Assembly (NCBI GenBank): GCA_964016885.1 | Contig: OZ024743.1 | Coordinates: 244,156,001-244,220,000 of the forward strand | DNA length: 64,000 nucleotides | From: Eledone cirrhosa | Lineage: Eukaryota | Direction: 5' to 3' | In this document: piece by piece, positions 25,901-38,868 of the stretch | How the letters are laid out: every line of letters begins with the position of its first letter | How positions within the stretch are numbered: position 1 is the stretch's first letter | Program-made: the position numbers and the translations under genes | Notes under the pieces: model-generated | The model's input: the letters and a program-made list of their open reading frames with translations, nothing else | The model's database searches: none | What the model was told of the DNA's origin: nothing

Positions 25901-26463
25901 TCCAGTATCCGGGTCCCTGTCTATGTGTTCTATCAAGGTTGACTATGCAGGTGACTAATTTGTGGTCTGAATAGGCAACCATGTGCATTTGTGGACAGCT
26001 TAATGTTTCCTTATCATTCTGTCTAATTAAAAATCTATCTAAATACGATCTAGAAGACCCAGTGCGGTTGCTCCACGTCTACAGTGGTACACTTGAGAAG
26101 TCTAGTCGATATCTATCAGCCAGCTGGAATTGGCTGATGAGATTTTTGAGGCTATTACACCACCCTCTATTATCACAAGCTCCTACATAATCCCAACATG
26201 CATCTAAGATGCCATTCCAGTCCCCCGCTAACCCTAAGGAGCGAGACGCTCCCAGGAATGGCTCCAGACGCTTGAAGAACTCTGGTCGCGATGTCCCAGT
26301 CGGGGCATATACGGTCACCATTCTGAAAGCTCCACCTTCACTACCATTCACGTCCAGGACCACAAAGCTGCCCTCCGGGTCCAAATGAATCGTCTGTGCT
26401 TTGAGATCCAAGTTTTTTTCGAAACACAACAGCAACTCCCCCTCCACATCCTGGCTGGCAGAG
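22972..26463 (-). mobile_element. Tx1-clade LINE copy 2, truncated within the endonuclease; multiple frameshifts
   Basis: Same ORF2 motifs (RQGCPLS, AYADD, CPRC..ETVLH...C). 3' end AATAAAGAAAGA abuts TATCTATC; the 5' end joins (GATA)n at ~26463-26480. Confidence 0.92.
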
Positions 26464-28773
26464 ATAGATAGATAGATAGAGTGGTTTGGTAAGCAAGTTG
26501 TTTGTAGATAGTTATGTTGTTTGATGAGTTGTTGAAGGTGCATGGCTTAGTGTTTAAGATGTTAGCGTGTTAGGTTCACATGAGTGGCAACTGCAATTCA
26601 AAGGGTCGACCATGCTTCACAGTGTCCCGCTGAATCTCCCTGAGAACTACGCTATAGGTACGTGTGCTTGTTGAATGGTCAGCCACTTGAACGTTAATTT
26701 CGCGGGCAGGGTGTTCTGTTGATCAAACAACTGGATCATTCGTCGTCGGAACTGACTGTGTCCGACTCACGCACACACGCACACACGCACACACGCACAA
26801 GATGTGTATGTGGTAATTAGTGAGGTGGATAGGCAAACTACCAACCAAACAGCAATGTAGACATCTAAATAAACGTGCATATAGGCTTTAATTGCGACAA
26901 GTAATAGGTGGGTTATGTAGTTGGGTAGAGTGCAGCGAAATGACAGAGTCGTTAGAACGTTAGATAGAATGATTTGCGGTATTCATTCCGGCTCTCTGTG
27001 CTCTTTGAGTTCAAATTCCGCAGATGTAAGTACCAGAACAGTAATAGGATCGATTCTTCTTCTATAACTCTCTCTCATTTCCTCATTCCCACGCTTTCTC
27101 TTTTTCTCCGGGAGAAATCGGCTGTGTTCTGGTCTGGAATTACGGGTCTATACATAGACAGTCGGGTAGATAGGTAGTAATAGTTGGGTAAAATAATGTT
27201 TTGTTGGACACACGTCGCTTTCGACGATACGTGTTCCAATTGTTTGAACAACGGTATAGCATACTCGTGAAATTAATGTGCAAGTAAATGAGCATTCAAC
27301 AAACATGTGTACTCTTAACGTAGTTCTCAGGAAGATTAGCGAGACACAGGTATGACTCTTTTTGCCAGCTGAGTGTCTTGCTCAAGAATGAAACTCCTTA
27401 ACCACTAATCCACACTCTATTACGGAGCGAATAATAAGATCAGTATTGAATGAAGTAGGGAATTGATAAATTGATAGCTGGTTGGTTGGTTTGATCGGTT
27501 TACTGTTTGTTTATGTTTGTTTATTAGCGGCTCGACAATATAGAGATCGATAAAATAAGACCCCCAAAATAAAACAAGAAAAATATGAATTGATGTTGAT
27601 ATGATCACTTTAAGGTGGAGACCCAGCATGGCCACAGTCAAATGACTGAAACCAGTTAGTGGATAAAAGAGTTATAGAATAATAGATTATTTAAGATCTA
27701 TGAGAGATTATTTGAGGTTATAGTTATATGACTGGACACAGTATGACTGAATAGTTAAGAAATTCGCTTCTCAGTTATGAAGTCCAATGTTCGATCTTAC
27801 TGCGTAGCATCTTGAGCAAGTCTCCTCGCCATAGCCTTGAGTTAACCTGAGCATTTTAAGTAAAATTTGTTTGACGGAAACAATGTAGAAGCTTGACAGA
27901 TGATCTGTACCTGAAATTCAAAGGTCAAACCGTGTTACATATTGTGTCACGCTGCTTCTGCTTGAGAAATACATTAAGGATACACGTGTTTGTGGAATAC
28001 TCAGATAATTACTCATCAATTAGTTGAACGTATTAGACATTCAGCTCATTGAACGACTAGATGTTCATAGCCGAAACCGACGAAGGATCAATCAGATGAA
28101 TACAGAGAAGGGTATGGTAGATAGATAATTGGGTAGGTGGAGAAGTAGATAATGAGGTCGTTGGTTATATGTAGGCAATGTTGGGCGTGATAAGGGTAAG
28201 AGAGCAGGAAAATGATGTCAGTGTAAGTATTTTGGTAGATATCGGGTTGGAGAAAGAAGAAGGAAGAGGAAGGGGGAGAAAGTGGGTAAGCAGACTTTAG
28301 GGAAAGCATCCCAATCCCAATATCGGATCGATGATTAATAATAGTCTCGATCATATCACTCCTTTAAGCAAACAAATTGTTGCCATAGTAACGCAGGTCA
28401 ATTGCTGAAGACCCAACATACATTGTACACAAGCAGACACATAGATATATGTTGTGTGCTCATCGGTGTATATAAATATATATGTGTACGTATGTATATA
28501 TATAGAGCGAGAAATGGATATATATATATTTATATGGATATATATATAGATAGATAGATTTCTTTATTTACCATAAAGGCATAAAAAGAAGGGACAAATA
28601 CAAAGGGGGAGTTTACATATAATCGAGTAAAAAGGGTGTAACATGAAAATAATCGAAAATAACCTCAAAAGGGAGGGGACGTGATGGGGGTTGCACACAC
28701 CCCCGAAAAAGTGTGCAATCCTTTGCCCAGGGAGCACATGGAGAAGGTGCGCCCCTCTCCTTTACTTCTTTAC

Positions 28774-31700
28774 CTACAGGATGGTATACAGAGAAGGCCC
28801 ATTTACACGAGCCATTCTCGCCACTATCACCCACCTTTCATAAAACTGCCTGTGGCCAAGCACCTCTCTCTCCATTCTTATCCTTCTTCCGAAGTGATAT
28901 CGGAAGAAGTAGACCAGACTATGGCCAGAGAGGAAGTTGCCTGACCTCAGACCTTTCAATCGTGTCCACCAAACAACCTCTTTCAACATGGCTATTACGC
29001 ACAGAAAAACCGCCTTTGCTTCCTTTGTGAAGAGGGGAAGCGGTTTGATTGTCATCACGGACTCGGCGGTCAATTTAATCGGCGCCACCCGCGACAGCAG
29101 TCGTTCGGCGTAGCCCCACAGATCAGCCACGCCCGGACATTGCACCAATGCGTGCGCAACGGTTTCTTCGTGACGCACGCATCTAGGGCAAATCTTTTTT
29201 GAGGGATCCCTGCCCGGGCGTCCGTGTCTGTAGAGCCCCTCTCGAACGGGTAGAGCCCCCCGGTAGCACTGCCAGGCCAGTGACTTCTGGAAGTTGTCCA
29301 TTGGTCCTGGGCCGAAAGTCCTACCGAACAGGCTGGCCAGTTCGTCTTCTTCCATGTCCAGCGACTCTCCAAGGGTGTCATCGCCCCTGCTAGCCACCAG
29401 CCCTCTATAGAATGATGAGGTGGATTCTCCACCGATGGCCTGGCCCGCTTGCCAGAGAGCCCTGAGCGCCTGAGCACACTCAGTGTGCCCGTCTCCCAGT
29501 TTTCCGGATCTTTGCTTGACCCAGGACTGTAGCTCGGTGAGGAGACGAGTCTCGGAAAGGCTCGTTTCACGAACGGAGCCCACACCGGTTGACCAGTGAG
29601 GAATACCTGTAGGTGCCGTAGCCTTAATGCGTGCCTACGCATCATCAACCACGGCATCCCCAGCCCTCATTTCGAAGGTTGTTGGCAGCAGATGGATCTT
29701 CTCACCATAGGAGGGCGCTTCTTCCAAAGAAATTGGAAGAGCATGCGTTCCATGGTGGTGAGTGTTTCCTTAGGGCAAGGCACGACAGTCAGGCGGTAGT
29801 AAGTGACGGACGCTATGTAAATGTTCGCCACCTCCGCCCGGCCTTTTAGGGACAGCTTACACTTAGCCCATTTCTGGGTTAGTGCAAACACCTTGTTCGT
29901 AACCTCGTTCCAGTTCTTTTCCACCTGGAGGTCCGGTCCAAACCAGACCCCAAGCAACTTTACCGGGCCCTCCGTCCAGTGTCCGCCGACACCGTCAGGA
30001 GGCATCGGTCTGCCTCTCCGCGTTCCGAGTTGCAGCCCGATGGATTTTTCCCGGTTCAGTTTCGCTCCTGACAACCTTTCGTACTCCTCCAGTAAGGTAC
30101 CGATCGCCTCGATCTCCGAGTCGGTCGATACCATTACTGTTACGTCATCGGCATAGGGCGACACCGCTTTGCTCAATCCTGGTTCCAGGGGGATACCCTG
30201 CAACAACTCCAACTTCCTCAGTAAAGGCTCGAGAGTCAATACGTACAGAAGGGAGGAGAGAGGGCACCCCTGTCGAATGGATCGTGTGATTTCGAACGGC
30301 TTCGAAAGGTAGCCGTTCACCTTGATCCTAGAACAGATGTGGTTGCTATGTAAGGCAGTGATCCAGCCTCTGAAAACAGGACCGAACCCAGCCGCCGCTA
30401 GCACCGCATCCAGGTAACCATGGTCGACCCTATCGAAGGCCTTAGACTGATCCAAGTTGATCAGGGCCCCACCGAAGCCGGATTTGTTGCCAACCCTCTC
30501 TATGATGTATCGCATGAGGTGGAGGTTATCGTGAATGGACCTGGATGGGATAGCACATGTCTGCGCATCTCCCACCAGGCCACCCACGACAAGCGCCAAC
30601 CTCTTTGCTAACACCTTGGCCAAAATCTTTAACTCTGTGTTTAGCAGGGTTATGGGCCGAAAATTATTTATACTATCCCCCTTGTTCTCGTCCTTCCTCA
30701 CCAGCGTGACTACGCCCTTGGCTACAGAACAAGGAATTCTCCCGTTCTGCTGCCAATTGCAGTAGACCGCTTCGAGGAGTTCGGAGAAGAAGACCGGCAT
30801 TGCTAAATAAATTTCGTAAGGTATACCATCGAGACCTGGAGATTTGCGTCTGCTGCATTGGCTCAGCGCATCTCCGATCTCATCAGCCGAGATTGGTCCC
30901 TCGCAGGACTCTGCCTCTTCGCTCGAGAGACGCGGCAGGCCGTCGAGGTATGGACCGAAATCCACGCCCCCGCCCGGACCCTCGCCTCCCCCGAACAATC
31001 GGGCAAAGTGCCTTTGAAAGGCCTCGCACATCTGCTTAGGCTCCCGGATCACCCGTCCATCTTCGTCTTGCAACGACCGGATGGTGGATCGATTTCCACT
31101 CTTAGCTTCTGTCACGCGGGCCCAGCCAACGGCTTTGGCCCCCTCATTACCTAGAGCACGTATTTTACTTCGAATGACGCAGCCTTCGTGCTTTGCATCG
31201 AAAAACTGGTTCAAGGCCGTCCTCGATGCCAGCACTCTGGCCACATCTTCGCTCTTGATTGCCTCTTCTAATTTACCTGTTAATTCTTTCTCGTTTCTAT
31301 TCCTATCGGCAGCTAACATCTTGCTATAACTTATTGATTCTGTTCAAATCTCTCTTTTGAGAGATGCCCACCATCGGTTGTTGACGATTGCACCCGTCAA
31401 CCTCTCCTTAACTAATCTGCTAATCCGGTTTCTGTAAGTCTCTTTTGCCGGTAAAGACAAATTAAGTTTCCAGTAACCGGGACCCTGTTTATGTGTTTTC
31501 TCGAGATTGACTACGCAGGTCACTAATTTGTGATCCGTGTAGCCAACCGAGCGCATTTCTGGACAGCTTAATATGTCCCTATCCTTACTTCTAACTAAGA
31601 ATCTATCTAAGTACGATCTAGATTGACCACTGTGGTTTCTCCAAGTCCAGGTAGGCACAGTTGGAAAATCTAGTCGATATCTATCGACCAAGTTAAAACG

Positions 31701-32210
31701 GTCGAGTAACCCCTTGAGGCTGTTACACCCCCCTCTATTAGGACATGCTCCTGCATAGTCCCAACGTGCATCTAGGATGTCATTCCAATCCCCCGCTAGA
31801 AGCAGGGAACGCGACGTTCCCAGAAAAGTCTCCAAACGCTGGAAGAAGTCGGGCCGTTCAGCTCCGAAAGGGGAGTAGACGGCGACCAGTCTCAAGGCCG
31901 CACTTTCACTACTGCCAACGTCTAGCACCAACAAACGAACCTCCGGGTCCGAGTGCACAACCTGTACGGCAAGATCCAGGTGTTTTTGCAGCAGTACGAC
32001 AATCCCACCCCCACCTCCAGGTTGACAGAGAGATGCATGCACCTCAAAGTCATCGAAGGTGGGGGCCAGCTGCCGCACGACGCTGATTCGAGTCTCACAG
32101 ATAACCATTACATTTATACTACATGACCTGAGGTCATTTAGAAGCTTTGCTTGCTTCCAAGTTGAGCCCAGGCCACGTGCATTCAAACATCCTACTCTTA
32201 ACACATCCAT
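28774..32210 (-). pseudogene. Tx1 ORF2 (APE endonuclease-RT-zinc finger) with two in-frame TGA stops (31344-31346, 29667-29669) and one frameshift (~29550)
   Basis: ORFs 31344-32210, 29667-31319 and the start of 29070-29657 share one frame; the C-terminus continues in 28774-29583. Confidence 0.9.
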
Positions 32211-34174
32211 GTGGGCGGCAGAGCCAAAGGAGAGTGTAGAGACCTACCTTTCCGCTTCCCGGGGTTCGGGTTGCACGACTTCCATGGGGTCGGGGGTGTT
32301 GGGTGAAGGGGTGTCTTGTGGTGGTGTGGGGTCGTCAGTGTGTGGTGGGGTTGGGGTGTTTGGAGTTGTGTTGGGGAGGGGAAGGGAGGGGGAAAGCTTT
32401 TTAGTAGGACGCGGTTTATGGGTTTGACAGAGGGTGGTCCTACGTCCTCCTTAAAATTCTTTTTTAGTTTTTGGTAGAGGTTCATTGGGATCTTTATTAA
32501 TTTTAAATGTGGGTAGTTTTCTGTAGAAACAAAGTTTACACCTTTGGTTTGTACCGAAGGATTATTGTATATGAGTTCATTTAATTTATTATTGTTTCTG
32601 TTGATGTAAGTATAGTGTAATGTCTTTTTTTCGGATGGTGTGAGTGTTTCGAAGAGGGGAGGGGCAGGTTTGGTTTTGTTTGTTGCTGGAGGGGTGTTTT
32701 CTGTTTTGTTGGATTGTGTTGACATTTGGGTAGGGGTTGTTTGGCCTTGTGTGTTTTGCACATGTTTTCTTTTTTTCCTTTTAATCTGTCTGAAGGACTC
32801 CGTTTCTTCCTCCGAATTCGTTGGGTTATCTTCAGTGTTGGAGGGAAGAGGTATGTTTGCTGGTAATGTTTCCGTGTTGGTTTTCTTTGTGGGGGAGATG
32901 GATGTCACTATGTTAGACTGTGTTGTGTGTTGTGTCTGCGGTGGTTGTGTTGTTTTATTGAGTGAGGGGTTGGGTGGGCCTGTATTTTGTTTTGGGGTAA
33001 TGTGTTGTGACTGTTTGTGTTGTAGTGGTGGTGTGGTTTTACTGAGGGACGGGTTGGGTGGGACTGAGTTTTGTTGTTTGTTTATCTGTTGTGGTGGTGG
33101 TGGTGGAGCTGGTGTTGGTAGCAGGGTTTTCTTTTTGTTGAGTTGGGGACAAGCGGCCTTCAGGTGCCCTCTGCCTGCACAGATATGGCAGGACGGCCTT
33201 CTCCCCTCCACGCTAATATTTATATACCCGTGGTCCTCTAATAGGATTCTGTCGGGTATTTGGGCGATGCGTTCAGGCTTCATTTGCACTACCAGCTCTA
33301 TACCTGTTCCACTGAACGCATTGCCTGTGGTTTTCCCAATGGAAATCACGTTGTCATTCACTGGATCGATGAAGCCAGCTATGAGCCAGCAGTAGTCCAC
33401 ATCTGGCATCATTGCATCCAGCCATATGCGTTGAGTTCTTTTACCCATATAAGATGGATAAAAGGTAAAATTTTTCGAACGAATCGGTGACAAAGCACAT
33501 TTTTTTGCCGCCGATTCGTTCTTCATGATAATTGCTAGGCTTCCATACAGTCTGTCTTTTCTTATGAAAGTGGTTTCATTAAGTACTTCTGTGAGTACTG
33601 TTTTGATATCTGCTTGAGAAGGCTGTTCAGGTTTTTTTGTACTGTTGTTGATGGTCCGAAACTTGACCGTTCGGCTTTCAATGTCTTTGGTGAATTCTTG
33701 AGGCATTTTTACCGATAAAATACCATTCTCTCCTTCACTTATGTATTGTTTGGCGTCTGTGATCCTTCGTGCCACATCTGAAATATTTTCCGGTATATAA
33801 GTCAAAGATTTCTTTGTTTTCTGTGCAAATGAAATCTTGTCGTCTGCTTTGCTTTCTGTTATGGTGTTATTTTCAAATGTTATTTTTGTGTTTGTTGTGT
33901 CTTTGTTTGTGTTATTAGTATTGTCATGCAATTTTTCAAATTTTTTTTTTTCGTTGTTGGAATCCATGTCCAGATTTGTGTTTTCGTCATTTTTTTTCTC
34001 CGCAGATTCGTCTGTTTTTATTTTAATTTTTCCTTCCTTCTCTATGACGTTAGTTGGGAAGGAAGGGGGGACTAAAGCGTGCGAGCTTACAACTCTTACC
34101 GCTGTCCCCCCACCACTATTTTCGTTCGCTGCGTTTAACATTTCTGTTAGACGATTGAAATTTTTTTGCCACAA
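32198..34174 (-). CDS. Tx1 ORF1 (Gag-like protein with zinc knuckle)
   Basis: 658-aa ORF with CHICAGRGHLKAAC (CX2CX4HX4C) followed by a P/T/Q/K-rich region; lies directly upstream of ORF2. Confidence 0.85.
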   Translation of the reverse strand: MWQKNFNRLTEMLNAANENSGGGTAVRVVSSHALVPPSFPTNVIEKEGKIKIKTDESAEKKNDENTNLDMDSNNEKKKFEKLHDNTNNTNKDTTNTKITFENNTITESKADDKISFAQKTKKSLTYIPENISDVARRITDAKQYISEGENGILSVKMPQEFTKDIESRTVKFRTINNSTKKPEQPSQADIKTVLTEVLNETTFIRKDRLYGSLAIIMKNESAAKKCALSPIRSKNFTFYPSYMGKRTQRIWLDAMMPDVDYCWLIAGFIDPVNDNVISIGKTTGNAFSGTGIELVVQMKPERIAQIPDRILLEDHGYINISVEGRRPSCHICAGRGHLKAACPQLNKKKTLLPTPAPPPPPQQINKQQNSVPPNPSLSKTTPPLQHKQSQHITPKQNTGPPNPSLNKTTQPPQTQHTTQSNIVTSISPTKKTNTETLPANIPLPSNTEDNPTNSEEETESFRQIKRKKRKHVQNTQGQTTPTQMSTQSNKTENTPPATNKTKPAPPLFETLTPSEKKTLHYTYINRNNNKLNELIYNNPSVQTKGVNFVSTENYPHLKLIKIPMNLYQKLKKNFKEDVGPPSVKPINRVLLKSFPPPFPSPTQLQTPQPHHTLTTPHHHKTPLHPTPPTPWKSCNPNPGKRKGRSLHSPLALPPTWMC

Positions 34175-34396
34175 AATTTTTTAAAACAGGTTTTTCACCT
34201 CTAGGAGGGGTAAAGATGAGCTGACCCACCGCCTGACAGTTCAGACGGGGGGGGGGGGGGTCAAGTTACACAATTGTATCAAAATTAAGTTTGAACTCAC
34301 AAAATTTCCTCAATAAATTTGAACAAAACTTCTGCGCGAAGTGAATTACATCCACACTGTAGAACAGACGACAGCTAGATTAATATATATAGAGAG

Positions 34397-34469
<73 letters not shown>

Positions 34470-34470
34470 T
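34397..34470 (+). repeat. (GATA)n microsatellite at the 5' junction of Tx1 copy 3
   Basis: Direct reading. Confidence 0.97.
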
Positions 34471-34705
34471 GGCTATCTATGCGATTATATATGACATGTT
34501 ATGGCGATCATTATGAAGTAGATGACTTTGTCTCCGGTGTGATTGATAACGTTTAGTCTCCTACCTTTTTTAGCTGTGAGAGTGCGAGGTGGTAACAGCT
34601 AAGTAGGGATTCGTATGGATCCATTTGTAAGATGAGTGCTGTGACTTTATGCACATGGCACCTCACGGACCTCAGAGCCGCAGAGACTAATGGGGTTATA
34701 ACTCA

Positions 34706-35644
34706 CCTCGGGTTGTTCGTAAACAAAATAAAGATAGTGTTCTACATCATGAAGAAATATTTCAATATTTTAACACCTCGAAAAGAAACAGAATTGGAGT
34801 CGTAAAAAAAATATTTCAAATACAAACTACAAGTTTTCCCTTTCGAAATAATCCCCCTCGTGTCTAACGCACTTTCCCGTCCTTCTCCGCCACGCCTACA
34901 TGCACTCCTTGAAGGATTCTCGCGCGATTCTCCGCAGCTTCATTGCTACGGCTCCCTGGCGCTTGGTCTTCAGGTCGAACTCGATGATCTATGAGTCATC
35001 ACTAGTGATGACTCTCCCCAGCAAGTTTGGTTCGATTTCAAGACGCTCGATGATGTCTTGACACACCTACATGCGCCGCTCCTTCTAGTCATCGTTCAGC
35101 AGCTTCGGCACCATCTTCACGCAGACCTTCCACATGCCGAAATCCTCGGTGATAATCTTCCAAACGTTATTGCACTTCATACCAAGCTCAGTTACGATCA
35201 GTCGAACAATCAGCCGATGGTCTCCACCACCACCCGTCTCACGCGTTCAACGTTGGTGTCAGTCCTGCTCGTTGAAGGCCTTCCGCTCCTAGAGTCGTCT
35301 TCCGCATGTTCGCGCTCCTCTTTGAACTTTTTATGTCTCTCGAACAACCTATCTCATCTCCGTACGTATGCTGCAGTAACCTGAGTGCTTCTGACGGAGT
35401 TTTTACCAGCCGGACCAGAAACTTCAGATGGATTCATTGTTCTGTGCCCTTCGCTCGACGGCCTAAAATCGAGGAGCTGTTAACAAAAGCACATGAAAAC
35501 ATACATTGGCTGTAGAGAGCTGAGATGGTAGTTATATATTCCTGGATATCACATCACACGGTGGTGATGTAGCTCGCTAATCCCTACCCTACTCATAGCT
35601 CACACAGCACACTAATTCCAATCACTTTTATGGCAAACTTCGTG
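34706..35644 (-). mobile_element. Degenerate, internally deleted mariner element (boundaries approximate)
   Basis: Minus strand encodes remnants EDDSRSGRPST, KVCVKMVPKLLNDD, ITSDDS and GDYFE; clearly related to 37927-38821; right end abuts (TA)n. Confidence 0.75.
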
Positions 35645-35667
<23 letters not shown>

Positions 35668-35675
<8 letters not shown>

Positions 35676-36335
35676 CGTAAAATAAGAAAATTTAAAAAAA
35701 ATTTTTTAAAAATTTAAAAAATTAACTTACTTACTAGCATTAGCGTACATCTGTACGCATATGTTAGTAGATATACTAAATTCTCTATATTTATCTCCAA
35801 ATTACTTATTGTTGAGCAAACCTGCCAAAATCACTACTAATTTATTGGTGTGATAGTAGGCTCCTGTCATCTTACCATCCCACTCCTACCGACTAGCCTC
35901 AGTGTCACGTGATTGATTCTTTAGAATCTGCCATTTGACCAGAGACAGCGAGCTTTTCAGTGCATGGAATCCAGTCCCCGCTAGCTGTTCCATCTACCGA
36001 ATTATTATTATTTTTATATGAGTCCCCAGTGTCCGCGCATTGCCTGGAGACTTAGCTGAGAATAGACTCCCTGATGACGCAATGAATTCTCGACAGTTAT
36101 ATTACGTAACTGTCTTTATCCCATTGCAGAAACTAATTAGTTTGAGTGAAAATTTTAGTAAGTAAGTTAATTTTTTAAATTTAAAAAAAATTTTTTTTTA
36201 ATTTTCTTATTTTACGTCTTTTATATTATTGTTCTGCATCCTCCTGCATTGAACCACCTAGGTACTATGACATAACCTGTGTATTTGCTAGCATTAGCGT
36301 ACATCTGTACGCATATGTTAATAGATATACTAAAT

Positions 36336-36345
<10 letters not shown>
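35668..36345 (+). mobile_element. Non-coding hammerhead-bearing element (Penelope pLTR / retrozyme-like) with an inverted 5' segment and terminal direct repeats, inside (TA)n
   Basis: 35668-35736 is the reverse complement of 36156-36226; 35734-35786 is directly repeated at 36288-36340; hammerhead at 36066-36147. Confidence 0.75.
36066..36147 (+). ncRNA. Type I hammerhead ribozyme, extended stem II
   Basis: actcc-CTGATGA-cgcaatg..[gacagtta/taactgtc]..cattgca-GAAAC-taatta-GTT-tgagt; palindromic stem III AACTAATTAGTT. Confidence 0.8.
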
Positions 36346-36367
<22 letters not shown>

Positions 36368-36408
36368 CGGGATAACAGGTTATCGTTATAGGATCAAGCG
36401 AGTAGCGA

Positions 36409-36522
36409 TCTTGTGTTAGTTGGCTTTACTAGTACTCTACCCGTCGGTTGCACACATATATATATATATATATATATATGCAACCGACGGGTAGAGTACT
36501 AGTAAAGCCAACTAACATAAGA
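36409..36522. repeat. Inverted repeat with 44-bp arms around a (TA)n spacer
   Basis: 36409-36452 and 36479-36522 are reverse complements with 1 mismatch. Confidence 0.9.
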
Positions 36523-37098
36523 TAGATTCACTCACATCTATTGCCTAACTGCAGTGTTTTGAAATCAATAAACAATATTAATAAATCAATGAACAATCTT
36601 AATAAATTACTGATTTAAATATATTTTTGTTTTCTTTTTCTTGAGATGTTCAGTATATTAGTGACAGATATATTGGTTGTATATCTATATATAAATTTCT
36701 GCGATTCTGTCACAAGACGTAAGATAGAGGAGTAGTTTGACTACCTCATACTACTCCCCTCTCTTTTTTTCTGCTGCCGGCGTAAATGCATGTGGGTGTA
36801 AAAGGAACGACGTGGGTGGTGAAAAAACAATAGCAAAATAGCGGCTGGCATTCTATTTGTTATGGTGTGTATGTGTGTATGTCTTTGTGTGAATGTATGG
36901 GTATGTTTGTGTGAATATATAAGTGTGTTTGAGTGAATGTATGTCTGAGTGTGTATTTTTGAAAGAATGTCTGTGTTTACACGTTTATATATATATACTC
37001 ATACATATAAAAATATCATTGGTGCTGTTATATGTGTGCAGATGAAGAACCTTTTGTGGATGCGCATGTCATTGATGTTAACTCTACTTTGTGTGTAA

Positions 37099-37175
<77 letters not shown>

Positions 37176-37549
37176 TGTGTGTGTGTGTGTGTGTATGGCT
37201 GGGTGGATGTGTTTATGAGTGTTATCAGTCTGTTTGTGTTTGTGCGATTAGTGTATGCGCATAAGCTTATATGACTGGCAGTATCCCTGAGTACACACAC
37301 ATATATATATGTAACGGCTGACTAACTTTTTCCCGTTTTCTTTCTTTTCTTACTCCCGTCTGTCGTCTTATGTCTTAGCTCACGCTAGCATTCTTCTTTC
37401 TCTCTCTCTCTCTCGTTCTATATATCGATGAAGGACTAACGTCCGAAATGTTGATACTCTTTTCCTACTATATCAAGAGTTAAACTACTATATATCATAA
37501 TTGTAAACATTCATGGTTTTCCCTTGTATTCTTTGTTGTTGAATTTTCT

Positions 37550-37628
<79 letters not shown>

Positions 37629-37632
<4 letters not shown>

Positions 37633-37902
37633 AACGTAAAATAAGAAAATTATAGTAATTATCTTACTTACTTAAATTTCACTCCAACTAATTAGTTTCT
37701 AAAAGGGAATATACATGGAGATCATGGAGAAACCTTTTCGTCATCAGGGAGTCATTCTCAGCTAAGAGATATATTTTACGTTTTTCATATAATTGTTCTG
37801 CATCCCCTTGCATTGAACCACAAAGTTACTAAGACAAAACCTATATATTTGCTTGCATAGGTATAGATCTGTATATATATGTTGGTAGATATACTAATTC
37901 TT
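37629..37902. mobile_element. Second member of the 35.7-kb hammerhead element family: inverted arm plus direct 3' arm, between (TA)n tracts
   Basis: 37629-37766 matches the reverse complement of ~36050-36222; 37775-37902 matches 36209-36340 directly. Confidence 0.75.
37681..37752 (-). ncRNA. Type I hammerhead ribozyme, extended stem II
   Basis: Minus strand actcc-CTGATGA-cgaaaagg...cctttta-GAAAC-taatta-GTT-ggagt; stem I actcc/ggagt is perfect. Confidence 0.8.
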
Positions 37903-37926
37903 TATATATATATATATATATATATA

Positions 37927-38821
<895 letters not shown>

Positions 38822-38826
38822 TATAA

Positions 38827-38868
<42 letters not shown>

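Larger units (their letters stand above)
28560..34381 (-). mobile_element. Tx1-clade LINE copy 3, apparently full length (~5.8 kb)
   Basis: 5' UTR + ORF1 + ORF2 + 3' UTR with AATAAA. Flanked by ATATATAGATAGAT on the left and ATATATAGAGAGA(GATA)n on the right. Confidence 0.95.
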
